From: Eledone cirrhosa
Lineage: Eukaryota
Assembly: GCA_964016885.1 (NCBI GenBank)
Contig: OZ024745.1
Span: 111,104,001-111,168,000 of the forward strand
Reading direction: 5' to 3'
DNA: 64,000 nucleotides
Under the pieces are notes generated by a model. That model searched no databases. It saw only the letters and a list, made by a program, of their open reading frames with translations, and was not told the origin of the DNA. Positions 41,809 through 54,593 of the stretch are shown here, in pieces; the first letter of the stretch is position 1; the number at the start of each line of letters is the position of its first letter. The position numbers and the translations under genes are program-made.

Positions 41809-41851
41809 CTGATAGATAGTTAGATAGATAGATAGAGAGATAGAGAGATAT

Positions 41852-41946
<95 letters not shown>

Positions 41947-41963
41947 TAGAGACAGACAGACAG

Positions 41964-42030
41964 ATTTCTTTATTTGCCACAAAGGCATACAAAAATGGGA
42001 CATTACATGACATGACAGCGGGGGTTTTAC
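41964..42030 (-). mobile_element. Short 3' stub of a related Tx1-like element
   Basis: TTTCTTTATTTGCCACAAAGGCATACAAAAATGGGACA resembles 40394-40432. Confidence 0.6.
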
Positions 42031-42778
42031 ATAAAATCTTTAACAATTAACTAGATAAATAGATAGATACATAGATGGATAGACAAACAGATATATAGAT
42101 ATAAATATACACACACACAGATAAGTGTACACTTGAAAGAGTACACTATACTTGTCATGGGAGTTAAATATTTGTACTAACAGTTAGAGACTTAAATCTG
42201 CATAATTCAAAGTTTCCCAGGCATAAAAGCCCGACCTGTCCTTTAGATGCAGTTGATCTATGTAATGAAGACGTTCTAAAGAAGATTGATTGTCATTAGC
42301 TAATGTATAAAATCTTTTCCTGTAAGTCAGTTTGGCTGATATGAGGGCGGACTACTAGGCAACTGCTAAATGTTGTAGTGACTACAAAATTTTTATAATT
42401 ATTGTTTAATCATAAATGAAAGAGCAGTATCCATGATGTTTTTCAATCCATCTGGGATATGTAGGAAGGAGAAGGGTATCTACAAAGCTTGCAATAGAAT
42501 GGACTCTGCTAAAAGCACCCAAGAACTGTTCACTTCTTTCAATGGTTTTTGAAGAATATTAAGAAAAATATAGTATTTCAATAATCAATTTTGAAAAACC
42601 CAATGGAGTTTATAGAATGCAAGAAATTTCTTATTGTTGATCAACTAAGGAACTTTGTATGAATGATAAACCTTTGACTGACATGTTGGTTGAAAGTCAT
42701 ATATTCATCTAGAATAACTACAAGGTTTCTTTTTTTAACATGGGAGGTTCATATATTTATCACATTGAGCCAGATGGC

Positions 42779-43007
42779 TTAACCCTTTAGTATTTACATT
42801 ACTCTATATATACTATTGTATTCTTATGGTAAAGGCTTTATCTTACATAATTATCTCACCTAATATGAAATCTATGAGATTTTGATATTATTTATTTTGA
42901 AAACAATACCTTAACATTGGTATGAGTGGCTGGTCATGGCCGGTTTGAACGGAAAGAGGTGAGAGAATTCTGGCCAGATACAGCCGGTTTAAATGCTAAA
43001 GGGTTAA
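42779..43007 (+). mobile_element. piggyBac-type MITE family 1, full length
   Basis: TTAA-CCCTTTAGTATTTA...TAAATGCTAAAGGG-TTAA (14-bp TIR, 1 mismatch). Confidence 0.9.
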
Positions 43008-43236
43008 ATAATAAGCTCAATATGTTTGCTATAGTTCAATGCTGCAATAATTCATCAATTTGTTAATGTTATTAAACATGACTAACTGATAAGTGACTTA
43101 TAGTACCAGGTAATATGAATTGATCCAGTGACTTGATCACCATTATATACATGTACATCATAGCTGAGTCTATGAAGGAAGACTTTAAGGTGACAAATAC
43201 ATATGTTGAAGAGAACAAGATCTAATAATGAACCAT

Positions 43237-43462
43237 AAAGTCATGGCTTGGCTTTGCCAACAAAGATTATGAAGGGAGTGATCCATGTTGACCGGAGGCA
43301 CACTTGTGGCTGTTCAGGCCAATGTGGGACAGGCATGCACAGCTGCAGGGGATGCAGTTGAAGGTTTGGTCAGGGTTTGATGACTTGGTGTAGTGGTTCT
43401 TCTTCCTGAGTCTTTTGTCTTTGAGGGTGGCTCTGCAGATGCTTTTGAAGGAGGAGGGAGTG
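43237..43462 (-). mobile_element. RTE (BovB-type) 3' fragment with terminal zinc finger
   Basis: LKDKRLRKK..TFNCIPCSCACLSHIGLNSHKCA fits F.C..C.R.C.SRIGL.SH.R.C. Confidence 0.7.
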
Positions 43463-44939
43463 CTCAAGCAGGTGCATTTATCATGTCTTTAACACAACTA
43501 AAGAGTCCTCCCAACTCTTTTTTTAGCACATTTTTATGACTAAGTACCCTTCTTGTCACCAAGCACTTTAGAGTTGTCATGTTTTATGCATTTAAAAAAC
43601 ATATACTCTATAATATTACAACATGAGTATTTTATCAGCTTTCATTACCATTATATCACTTCATGCAACTTTTCTCTGGTAGCCCAACAACCAAAGGGTT
43701 AATAGGTTTAGATATCATATGACTGTTACATTCTTTACTAAGTCTGTACATGAGTCAAATTGAACTTAACCTTGTGAGTGAAATTAAATGGATGGAAACT
43801 ATGTAGATATCTATCAGATGGACTGTACCTGTAATTCAAAGGGCCAATCTTATCACACACTGAGACACACTGACTCTGATTAGGGATTATGTTAAGGTTA
43901 CAAAAATCTGTAGAATATTCAGCCATTTACACTATAATTATATGAGTTGGCAGTTCAGTTGGTCAAATAACTAAAATAGTCATCATTGAAATCAAAATAG
44001 AATCTATTTACAATCTATATAAGTTATGCCATGTCCTGAACATTTGGCTTGACTCTTATTTCAAGATATTCAAACTTTTAAAAGCTTTGAAACCAAAAAT
44101 AAGAAAATAAAGTTGAACATTTTCAAATCATTTTTCAGACAGATGACAAAGAATTTGAGATAATATTCTTGTTCAATTTCAACACCTTTTGGCTTCACAA
44201 TAAAGTTATTAATTAGAAAATCTGACACACAATAGAAGAAATTATAAAATGGTTCCACAATTGGCTGTTTTTCATTGAATTTATTACAAAGCTGTACAAC
44301 ATTTATTCAATTAGAATTCACTGAATAGTATTTTTACTGACGTAAACGTCATATCTTTTAAAGTGATAGATCAAATTAAGATACATGTGATTAAAAGGGT
44401 GAACCTGCTACTGACAAAATGGGACAACTGCCCATGCACCCCCTACATGACAGAACCTTTTTCTACATAAACTCATTTCATAAATTGGAAATGTTCCAAG
44501 CTCAACTAAAATTCTAGATTTTCCCTTAACTTTAATCCATTGTGAGTATTAGACAAGACTAATTACTGTAGAAGACTTCAATTGACAAATTCAGAAAGAC
44601 ATACTGCAAGTCAAGAAACTTTAAACTGAATGACTTCAAACTAGTATATATAGTGTATAGATCTTAATGCATAGATAAAACGGAAATTACTAAAAAGACT
44701 ACATTGAATAAAAATGAATTGTTTGTAATATGTAATGTATTAAGAGAAAATATATTATAGTTATTGATTCTACATTATATAGATAAATATATAACTAAAA
44801 TTGTTTTATATATTTTGTCAACATCATAGTAATGGAGAAATTTCAAGTAATATTTAGGTGCAGAAAAAAAAACTATATTCAAAATAAAATATAAATATAA
44901 ATATATAAATATAAAATATAAATATATGTTAATATGTGC

Positions 44940-45095
44940 ATATAGTTGAAGAGTTCACTTGGCAACCATCTGGTCTTGGGTTCAGTCCCACTTTGTGAGA
45001 CTATGAACAGATATTTTCAACTATATCTTCACATTGACCAATGCTTTGTAAGTGAAATTTGATAGACAGAAACTGTGCAGAAGCCCATCATGTGT
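44940..45095 (+). mobile_element. Old SINE S3
   Basis: CAACCATCTGGTCTTGGGTTCAGTCCCACT..GACCAATGCTTTGTAAGTG..GATAGACAGAAACTG..GAAGCCC. Confidence 0.6.
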
Positions 45096-45211
45096 GTATG
45101 TATGTGTGTGTATGTATGTATGTATATATGTACCTACCCCCCACTCTCCTGAGCGTGAATTTAATAAACATTTATCGTACTGCCTCTCTGTTCTGTCCCT
45201 GTTCAATTTTC

Positions 45212-45284
<73 letters not shown>

Positions 45285-45292
<8 letters not shown>

Positions 45293-46520
45293 CCTGGCTA
45301 AGACCAAAGTTCTAGTTTGTAGGAAAGAAAACAAGGCGGCGGTCCCTTCTGGGAAATGGTCGTGCTCGGTGTGTAGGAAAGGCGTAGGTAGAAACTCCAT
45401 TTTATGTCCTAAATGCAAAGTATGGGTGCATAAAAGATGTAGTGGGATCACAGGTAAGCTAACTAAGAACATAGATTTTACATGTGGCCGGTGTTCTGGT
45501 GCAATAAGTAGCAGCAAGTGCACACAAAATACTAGCTCTTTCAATTGCGCAGAGGGTTCTATAGAAATAGTGGACAGCTTCCGTTACCTGGGCGATAAAA
45601 TCAGCAGTGGGGGAGGGTGCTCTGAAAGTACTGTAGCTAGAGTCAGAACTGGGTGGAAAAAGTTCAGAGAGCTTATACCACTATTAGCTGCTAAAGGGTT
45701 CTCCCTAAAAATGAAAGGCAGGTTGTACGATGCCTGCATACGAACAGCAATGTTGCATGGTAGTGAGACCTGGGCATTGTGTGCAGAGGATATACGCAGA
45801 CTAGAGAGGAACGAAGCTTGCATGCTCCGCTGGATGTGTAACAGTAATATACGTGAACGGCAAAGCATAAACGAACTAAGGAAAAAATTAGAGATAAGAG
45901 GGATCAGATGTTGTTTACTCGAGAGAAGGCTGCGTTGGTATGGACACGTGATGCGCATGAAAGTCGATAGCTGTATAACAAAGTGCAGGGCAATAAAGAT
46001 AGACGGTAGCCACGGAATAGGCAGACCTAGAAAAACATGGGATGAGCTGATAAACTCCGACCTCACACACTTACACCTCTCCAAGACAATGTCACTGGAC
46101 CGAGACCTTTGGCGGTACTCAGTAACAGAGAAGACCCGCCTTGCCAGTAGGCATCTCTAACAAAATACACCCCGTCCCGCCACCACCCCCACCCCATCCA
46201 CACCACCCCGTTCTATGTAAAGTTATGTTGGTGCCGCGCCATCCAGGCCGAAACAAATGAGATCATGTAGGTGTCACGACAAAAAAACACACAGTCCACG
46301 CTGTAATGTGGCCGTGTAGGCAACACGGTAAAAACCTCCCAGACCCACACTGTAAATGTGGTTGGTGTTAGGAAGGGCATCCAACTGTAGAAAACCTGCC
46401 AGACAGTCCTATGCGAGCAAGACAATCACTCTTGCCTCAAGTGGGACTACCCCCGTCCAAACCCATGCAAGCGTGGAACACGGACGTTAAACGTTGATGA
46501 TGATGATGATGATGATGATG
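45285..46520 (+). mobile_element. Longest composite RTE LINE copy; uninterrupted ORF 45285-46160 with a PHD-like finger
   Basis: [56 protein letters not shown]; then 3' UTR, tail A and (GAT)n. Confidence 0.9.
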
Positions 46521-46552
46521 ATACACATATATATATGTGTGTGTGTGTGTGA

Positions 46553-46589
<37 letters not shown>

Positions 46590-46770
46590 AATGTGTGTGT
46601 GTATGCATGTGTTTGTTTATTTGAGTCTGTTTATGTTTACTCATTGTTTATATTCCATAATATAGTGATTCAACAAATAGAGATAGATAGTAAATACTGG
46701 GATCGATATGATTGACTAAAATCCCTTAAAGATGGAACCCTAGCAGGGCTGCAGTCTTATGAGTGGAACC

Positions 46771-46958
46771 ATCATCATCACCGTTTTACATCCATTCTTC
46801 CATGCTAGCATGGGTTAGAGGGATTGTCCTGTTGTGGGCAGTGTCTGGTCGTCTGACCTTGTCTTGCTCATACGGGAACTGATTCTGGCTTGATTTCTAC
46901 AGCTGGATGCCCTTCCTAACACCAACCTCATTTACAGTGTGGGCTGGGTGCTTTTTTG
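46771..46958 (-). mobile_element. S1-type SINE 3' part (tail C)
   Basis: (CAT)n CGTTTTACATCCATTCTTCCATGCTAGCATGGGTTAG..CAGCTGGATGCCCTTCC. Confidence 0.8.
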
Positions 46959-46962
46959 CCAT

Positions 46963-47280
46963 GTCATGCCTACAAAGTCAGAAAACAGAACAGCTCCCAT
47001 GACTTGTGGAAACATTTTTCATGCTCAGAGTTGCTGAAGCATGGAACAAACTACTTACATCAGTTGTTAGCTGTCGAGGCACTGCATCCTTTAAAACCTC
47101 CATGGTTCCTGAAATTCACCAACACTACACCTGATATTCCCCCTCCATACACACACACATGTATATCATGACTCATACATTGTCCACTTTCCTGACATTT
47201 GTACTTCATTCTATGTACTATACATGCACCTTTGATGAGATGTAGTGCACCTGAGCACTGTACACAATAATTTCATTATT
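46963..47280 (+). mobile_element. CR1-type LINE 3' end
   Basis: HAYKVRKQ..KHF/RVAEAWNKL..SVVS..SFKTS, then 3' UTR ending ATTATT. Confidence 0.8.
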
Positions 47281-47475
47281 AGGGCGGTGGATTGGCAGTA
47301 TCAGTAGAGGGTCGGATGCCATGCTCTCCAGCATAGTTACGTCCCTTTACGATCTGAGTTCAAATCCCGCCGAGGTTGACTTTGCCTTTCATCCTTACGG
47401 GGTCGATAAAATAAAGTACCAGTAATACACTGGGTAATTGCTGGCCTTGTGCCTAAAGTAGAAACAATTATTATT
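47281..47475 (+). mobile_element. Full-length SINE S2
   Basis: GGGCGGTGGATTGGCAGTATC..GAGTTCAAATCCC..GTAGAAACAATTATTATT. Confidence 0.9.
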
Positions 47476-47723
47476 ATGTATGAGTGAACAAATTTGGGAC
47501 CACTGGGCTATTTATGATGTCCTAGTTAACTATGTCTTTATAAACTTAATAAACCAAGATTTTGATCAGTATTGCCTCTCCCCATGACTAACTTAACCTT
47601 GCTATTGTTAGAATATTTCAATTTGGCAATCAATTCCATTGTGTGTCATTTTAGTTATGAGGTCAGCATTAAAAATACTGTAAATAGAATTTACTGTATA
47701 TACTTATGTATAAGTCGATCCAG

Positions 47724-48135
47724 AAGGCACATGGCTTAGTGGTTAGAGCATTGAGCTTGCAATCGAAAGATTGTGAGTTCAATCCTCAGACCGGGTGATG
47801 TGTTGTTTCCTTGAGCAAGACACTTTATTTCACATTGCTCCAGTTTACTCAGCTGTAGAAATGAGATTATAGGACTGGGTTCCCTATCATTCCACTGCAA
47901 AGGGGTCGTGGCGGTACTACATAAATAAAAAAAAAAGCACCCAGCACTCACTGTAAATGAGGTTGGTGTTAGGAAGGGCATCCAGCTGTAGAAATCAAGC
48001 CAGAATCAGTTCCCGTATGAGCAAGACAAGGTCAGCCGACTGGACACTGCCCACAACACCACAACAGGACAACGCATCTAACCCATGCTAGCGTGGAAGA
48101 ACGGACATAAAATGATGATGATGATGATGATGATG
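47724..48135 (+). mobile_element. Full-length S1-headed SINE with tail C
   Basis: S1 head and body, then ATGAGCAAGACAAGG..CCCATGCTAGCGTGGAAGAACGGAC(ATG)n. Confidence 0.9.
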
Positions 48136-48137
48136 AT

Positions 48138-48189
<52 letters not shown>

Positions 48190-48193
<4 letters not shown>

Positions 48194-48381
48194 GTTTCTA
48201 CTTTTGGCACAAGGCCAGCAATTACCCCAGTGTATTACTGGTACTTTATTTTATCGACCCCGTAAGGATGAAAGGCAAAGTTAACCTCGGCGGGATTTGA
48301 ACTCAGATCATAAAGGGCCGTAACTCTTTGCTGCAAAGCATGGCGTTCGACCCTCTACCAATACTGCCAATCCACCGCCCT
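48190..48381 (-). mobile_element. Full-length SINE S2
   Basis: Reverse complement of 47281-47470. Confidence 0.9.
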
Positions 48382-48721
48382 GTGTGTGTGCGTGCATGTG
48401 TAACATTTAGATGAGTATGCATATACATATCATCTCTGAATTAACTATACAGTGTTATACTGAATTTGAAAATTTTGAATAATAAATAAATTTTCTTCAA
48501 ATATATTACATTTTTGTTTTATATTAAATTGTTTAATAGAATTAGTCAATTTCTGTGTAATTGTGACAAATAACTAATCATAGTTTATCTGTAAATATGT
48601 CAATATAATGATGTTGATAGGTTGTGTGTGTAGATTATATGTATGTGTCTGAGAGTGTAAATATATATATATATATATATATAGTGTGTGTAAATATATA
48701 TATATATATATATATAGTGTG

Positions 48722-48758
<37 letters not shown>

Positions 48759-48789
48759 TGTAAATATATATATATATATATATAGTGTG

Positions 48790-48825
<36 letters not shown>

Positions 48826-48840
48826 AATATATATATATAA

Positions 48841-49080
48841 AAAAGCACCCAGCCCACACTGTAAAGTGGACGTGTAGGCGCCACGAAAAAGCACCCAGCA
48901 CTCACTGTAAATGAGGTTGGTGTTAGGAAGGGCATCCAGCTGTAGAAATCAAGCCAGATCAGTTCCTGTATGAGCAAGGCATGGTCAGCCGACCAGACAC
49001 TGCCCACAACAGGACAACCCGTCTAACCCATGCTAGCGTGGAAGAACGGACGTAAAACGGTGATGATGATGATGATGATG
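48841..49080 (+). mobile_element. S1-type SINE 3' part (tail C)
   Basis: Family match, within (TA)n. Confidence 0.8.
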
Positions 49081-50337
49081 ATATATATATATATATAGTA
49101 TGTGTATATAGTATATACTGTTATAATTGATGGTCTCTGTGTTATAAATCATTAAAACTATCTTAATCAGTGATGTCAATATTTACTTTTCATTTTCAAA
49201 TGTTTAAGTCATTTCCTGTAATATTAAGCATTTTATTAAACAAATCTTAGAATTTCAGACATTATCTTTACTTAAACCCTTTTAATACCAAACTACATCA
49301 AACCACCTCTGGTCTTTTGACAAAAAAAAACCCTACATTTGTTTTAAATATTTATCTAAAACACCTCCCATCATAATTTTATGTAAGAATGTTAGTTATA
49401 ATACTAAGTCCCTCTATATTCATGATTATTTTTAAAATTATTTGAAAATCAAAGCAGTGTTTATCATTAGAAATATGGCAACAAAATGGCTAAGCTCTAT
49501 GCACACAACTAGGGCTTGGCATTATATAACATGTTATGCTCGAAATACCAGCTTGATAATAAGAAAGTTAATTATATTACAAATTTTTTATTATTTTCAA
49601 AAAGATTTGAAATCATAGGCAGTTTTTTTAATTAGAAATTTGGTGATGAAAGGGCTTATATTTGGGTTTCTAAAATTGATCTGAAAATATCCATGAATTT
49701 TCATACAAATTGATTGATTATTTAAGTAATTTTTACAATACAATTTGTTTAAGTAACCATTATACTTCTAACCGGTGATGGAAATGGGTTTTAGGAGTAC
49801 ATTAAGATCTATAAGGCTGGAGTTGAGGAATTAAGGGGATAGACACTATAACACCCTCCCAACGTGAAAAACTGAAAATTGGGGGAATGCTAACACCTCC
49901 CCTCCAAACATACCCTCACCCTTCCATCTCCAGCACTGGTTCTAACCAATAACTTAATTTTTACCTCAAACAAGAACAAGAGTCTTTTTCTTAATTTTGG
50001 TATTTATATATTTTTTATTTCAGTCTATTTTTGAACATGCTTTTTTATATCCTGTCTCTTTTTTGGGGAGACTGATTAGAACTAAACTGTCTACATATGC
50101 TGAATAATTTGACCACTGAATATAAGGAGTATTGCAATAGTTTGTTCCTCTTTTGTGAAGGAAAAATTTTGCTTTCTGTTCGTATGATCTTAAAAATGGC
50201 TTAGGCTTATTTTCAACTAAATTGGTACTGATTCTGTTGTGCTTTTGTTTTGTTTTTATATTTCTTTCTTTCTCTCTTTTTATCTCCATTACACTTCTTA
50301 AGACTTTTCTCCAAAAATGCAATAATCACTTGCAGAA

Positions 50338-50400
50338 ATGGCTGTGATTTGTATTTATGTATTGGCGCTGATCATAAGATCTTTCTGTAAAATTGATAAG
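50338..50400 (+). CDS. Candidate first coding exon of a host secreted or membrane protein (MAVICIYVLALIIRSFCKIDK)
   Basis: GAAATGG start context, hydrophobic N-terminus, strong AAG/GTATGT donor in phase 0; possible acceptors at 50023 or 50335; no homology recognised. Confidence 0.35.
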
Positions 50401-50890
50401 GTATGTTATCCTTACATTTTTCTATATCTATATGTATGGAATTATTTTTTGGTCATTCTCAGACTATTAACTGCGCTCTTTACTATGCATTACGTTTGGC
50501 TATTTGTAATCTATGATAAAAACAAAACAAAAGAAATTAAAAAAGAAAATCTTGCTGTATGTTCTTGGGCAGTGACAGAGTTCTGCTTCTTTCTTCTTTT
50601 ACCATTATAATTAGATGGCTTTGACTTCACCTAGTCCTTTATCTGACATAATTTTCATAATTCATACAATTGCACACAGATCGCTCAATAGTTCTACAAA
50701 TCTCATTTAACAAAATCAGTATTTCTGCATTTTTCCTTACCCACCCACTATACTTTTTTTTTCCCATTTTTTTCTTTGTTCTTCAGTTCTTGCATTAAGT
50801 TGGAACAAAAGCATTTCATGTATGATTATCTTATACTTAAATGTACACCCAATTTCTTGAAGGTAGTAGGATGGTTGGCATAAAAACAAC

Positions 50891-50945
50891 AGAAGAAGAA
50901 GAAGAAGAAGAAGAAGAAGAAGAAGAAGAAGAAGAAGAAGAAGAA
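50891..50945. repeat. (AAG)n microsatellite
   Basis: Direct reading. Confidence 0.95.
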
Positions 50946-51620
50946 TGGAAAGATATTTACTTAATCGTTTTATTTTTCTTCTTCTTTTCTTTTGTTTTCT
51001 TAGAATGATAATGTATTATCATCATTAAAGCTGCAAGTCTTCTCTAATCTGTGTAACATAACTATTGATTGGATTGTTGGATTTGAAGGAAAAAATGTAG
51101 CTTATACTGTCAAACTATTAACAAAGAATGCTTAATTTAACATATAACCTGCTAATGACCACTCATTAGATGTAAAGTTAGTGAAAATAGAAAACAAAAT
51201 ACAAAAAGAAAAAAATCTAATATGATTTCAGTTTAAAATAGTTGACTGATGTTTCTCAGTAGATAGTCTGGAAAAAAATATAGAAAATAATTTGCTTTAG
51301 TAAAAGTTAAGAAAAACTGATTGTTTCTCAGTTTCTTCAGAGCCAGACCAAAGTTAATAAGGAATACAATTAATTAAACGATGCAAAAGTTTAAATTTAT
51401 ATCACACTCACTCCTTAATGTATTTTTCAATTAATTTTTGTTTAACTTTAAAACATTAGAAGTAAACAAAACTTAATTTATAACATCAACAACTAGATTT
51501 ACTTTATAGGTCATAATTTAGCCCTACACTGCTTGAATAGAACTATGATCCAGAAGGGTAGCTAGGGTATGAAAAGCATGACATGTGCCATGGGTACCAC
51601 TTGAACTAGGAGCACTTTCT

Positions 51621-51852
51621 ATTAACCCTTTCGCATTTACATTACTCTCATCATCATCATCATCATTTAACATTCATTTTCCACGATATTTACTATTGTA
51701 TTTTCACAGTAAACACTTTAATTTACATAATTATCTCACAATCCCGCCGAGGTTAACTTTGCCTTTCATCCTTACGGGGTCGATAAAATAAAGTACCAGT
51801 AATGTACTGTGTAATTGCTGGCCTTGTGCCTAAAGTAGAAACAATTATTATT
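51621..51852 (+). mobile_element. Left part of MITE family 1, interrupted by an RTE tail stub and followed by a truncated SINE S2
   Basis: TTAACCCTTTCGCATTTACATT..; (CAT)n stub about 51648-51686; S2 from about 51741. Confidence 0.7.
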
Positions 51853-51859
51853 AGTAGAA

Positions 51860-52160
51860 TCTTCTTCTCCCCAGGGTCCCTGGGAGAGTCATGGGGGCAG
51901 AGTCCTCAAGTACACCTTCCAGTGATCCTATCAGAAGCCATCATCTCCAGTTGATCCGGCTTTATCACAAAGCAAGACTAGCTGAGCTCATGGATGTTAT
52001 CTAACCATCTTGCTCTGGGTCTACACGTTGGTCTTCTGCCAGTTAGTTTTTTCCCTTTAAATCTGTCCAACAATTCTTTTCTAATACATTTTTTTACCAC
52101 ATGCTGGTAATATTGGAGCTATGCTCTCTTAATTTGGAGAAGTAGCAGCCTCAGTGGAAC
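51860..52160 (-). mobile_element. Old RTE (Rex3/Expander-like) 3' fragment
   Basis: Broken frames LLLQIKRA.LQYYQHV..TGRRPT.RPRARWLDNIHELS.S..IKPDQLEMMASDR. Confidence 0.6.
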
Positions 52161-52860
52161 TCCACTCACAGGTTTCAGGATCAAATGTTTAAATTCAGCA
52201 GATTCCAAATTTACATAGGGTGTTGGGTAAGAAGTTGGGCTCTGTGATCATAGGGTCATGGATTACCATTCCTGGACTGAGAAGTACATTGTATCTTTGA
52301 ACAAGACACTCAATTTCACATTGCTCGAGTCCACTCAGCTAAAAGGTAAATACCAGTAGCAGCTTGGGTTGACTATATAATGAACTGGAATCACTTAACA
52401 ACTTAAGGAAACCAGAATAAGGTTTGAGATAAACTTCTTTAAACTGAAAAAAAACTTTTTCCTTAATAAGGAATGTTAACAATGATGGGAATGAATGCTT
52501 CCATGATTCTTTCATGGAAATTTGATCATCAATATTTTTAATCCCAAGAAGATTACAATTTCATTTTAGAAAAAAGATAATAATTAGGCTCTATACAATT
52601 TGTGATGACATAAAGAAAAAATAATTATTTATTTATTTGGATGGTAGACTTAATCTGCTATCTTAAGAAGAGTTAACTCTGTAATATACAGGTGTCAAGT
52701 TTGAGGATAACTAGCTCCTAAGAGATGTGGAAACTTAGAAAAACAAAATAAAGATTCATGGATGCTTCTCTCCCCTCCCTAATAAATAAATAAAAAACAG
52801 AACAAAATAAATGTATCAAATTTTTTTTTTCATTTCTTTATTTATTTTCTCTACTACTGA

Positions 52861-53212
52861 GGAGGCACATGGCTTAGTGGTTAGAGCATTGGCCTTGCAA
52901 TCGAAAGGTTATGAGTTCAATTCTCAGACCGGGTGATGTGTTGTTTCCTTGAGCAAGACACTTTATTTCACATTGCTCCAGTTTACTCAGCTATAGAAAT
53001 GAGATAATAGGGACTGGGTTCCCTATCATTCCACTGCAAAATGGTCGTGGAGGTGCCACGGCAAAAAAGCACCCAGCACTCACTGTAAATGAGGTTGGTG
53101 TTAGGAAGGGCATCCAGCTGTAGAAATCAAGCCAGAATCAGTTCCTGTCCCACCCTTGCAAGTAGGGAAAAAGCGGACGTAAAATGAAATGATGATGATG
53201 ATGATGATGATG
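52861..53212 (+). mobile_element. Full-length SINE S1 (tail B)
   Basis: Family match. Confidence 0.9.
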
Positions 53213-53569
53213 AGTGATTAATGTTAATGACCTAAGAGAAATAGTGGTTGTGATATTTAGACATCTCCTAGGGACATTAAGTTTCAAGGAAATGTATATG
53301 AAATAACAAATTGAATTACCCAGAAATTGAAACCAAGTGGTACACATGTCTCACAGGGAACTTTTATTGGTTAGTGTTCAGTATACTGATTAAATGAAAC
53401 TTAAAATTACCTCATTATAGAACTGCTTCTCATCTAGAGCAATCTGCTCTTCAAGTGACTTGTATACATTTCCTCACTAGCATATTTAAACCTTTTGATT
53501 CTAAACTACCTGAAACTGCCTTTGGTTCTAAGATACAAAACTGTTTATTTTAATACATATAAAAATGAG

Positions 53570-53790
53570 AAAACTTATCGCTGGAACAGCTGTTAACAAA
53601 CTAAACTGGGAAAGACAGCAATGGGAAAAAATGCCTCAGAAGGCACAGACCAGTAGCCAGAGGTCAACAGAGAGACAATCCACAAGGTGGATGATGGGCA
53701 GATGAAAGACAGAAAATACCAAAACAGGAGGAGAACAAGGAGAAGTGTGTTCGGGCACAGAAATGACTGAAAATGTAAATAAAGAAAGGT
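53570..53790 (+). mobile_element. Decayed RTE C-terminal fragment
   Basis: KLNWE.. and RQSTRW remnants in broken frames. Confidence 0.4.
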
Positions 53791-54276
53791 GATGTAGAAG
53801 ACAAGTCCACCCTCACACATCTTCACCCTCATTAGCTCTCAAACCAGAAAAATAGTTTTCTTTCGTCCTTCTATCTATGCTGTTTGTTTATCACACACAC
53901 TTCATACCAGCAGAAAGATTTGTTTTTCTGTTGCACGTGTGAAATTATTCTTCATTGTTTCAAAATAGAAATTTGTAATTTACTGTTCCTTGTTCAATTA
54001 CCTACACATATAATTTAAAGAAATAAACAAGACACAACAAAATCCAATATTTCAAAATCAAATTTTGAAATCTTTGTATGATTCTATATGAGAGATGGGC
54101 TCTGCAAGGCTTCAAAATGCTCCAGAAATGCTGTATGTCACAATAGCACCCATATGATTCAATCAGGAGTTAAGGGAACCATACCATACTATATGAGTTT
54201 ATCCATCTTTCTGTATAAAGAAGTAATTTCAAGAGTAAGCTTTTTTTTTTATTTTTGTAATGTATTTCATCCTTTT

Positions 54277-54593
54277 TTCATCATTTTTTACGTCCGCTTT
54301 TCCCTGCTTGCAAGGGTGGGACGGGAACTGATACTGGCTTGATTTCTACAGCTGGATGCCCTTCCTAACACCAACCTCATTTACAGTGAGTGCTGGGTGC
54401 TTTTTTGCCGTGGCACCTCCACGACCACTTTGCAGTGGAATGATAGGGACCTCAGTCCCTATCATCTCATTTCTACAGCTGAGTAAACTGGAACAATGTG
54501 AAATAAAGTCTCTTGCTCAAGGAAACAACACATCACCCGGTCCGAGAATTGAACTCACAAACTTTCGATTGCAAGGCCAATGCTCTAACCACT
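54277..54593 (-). mobile_element. SINE S1, slightly 5'-truncated
   Basis: Family match. Confidence 0.9.
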
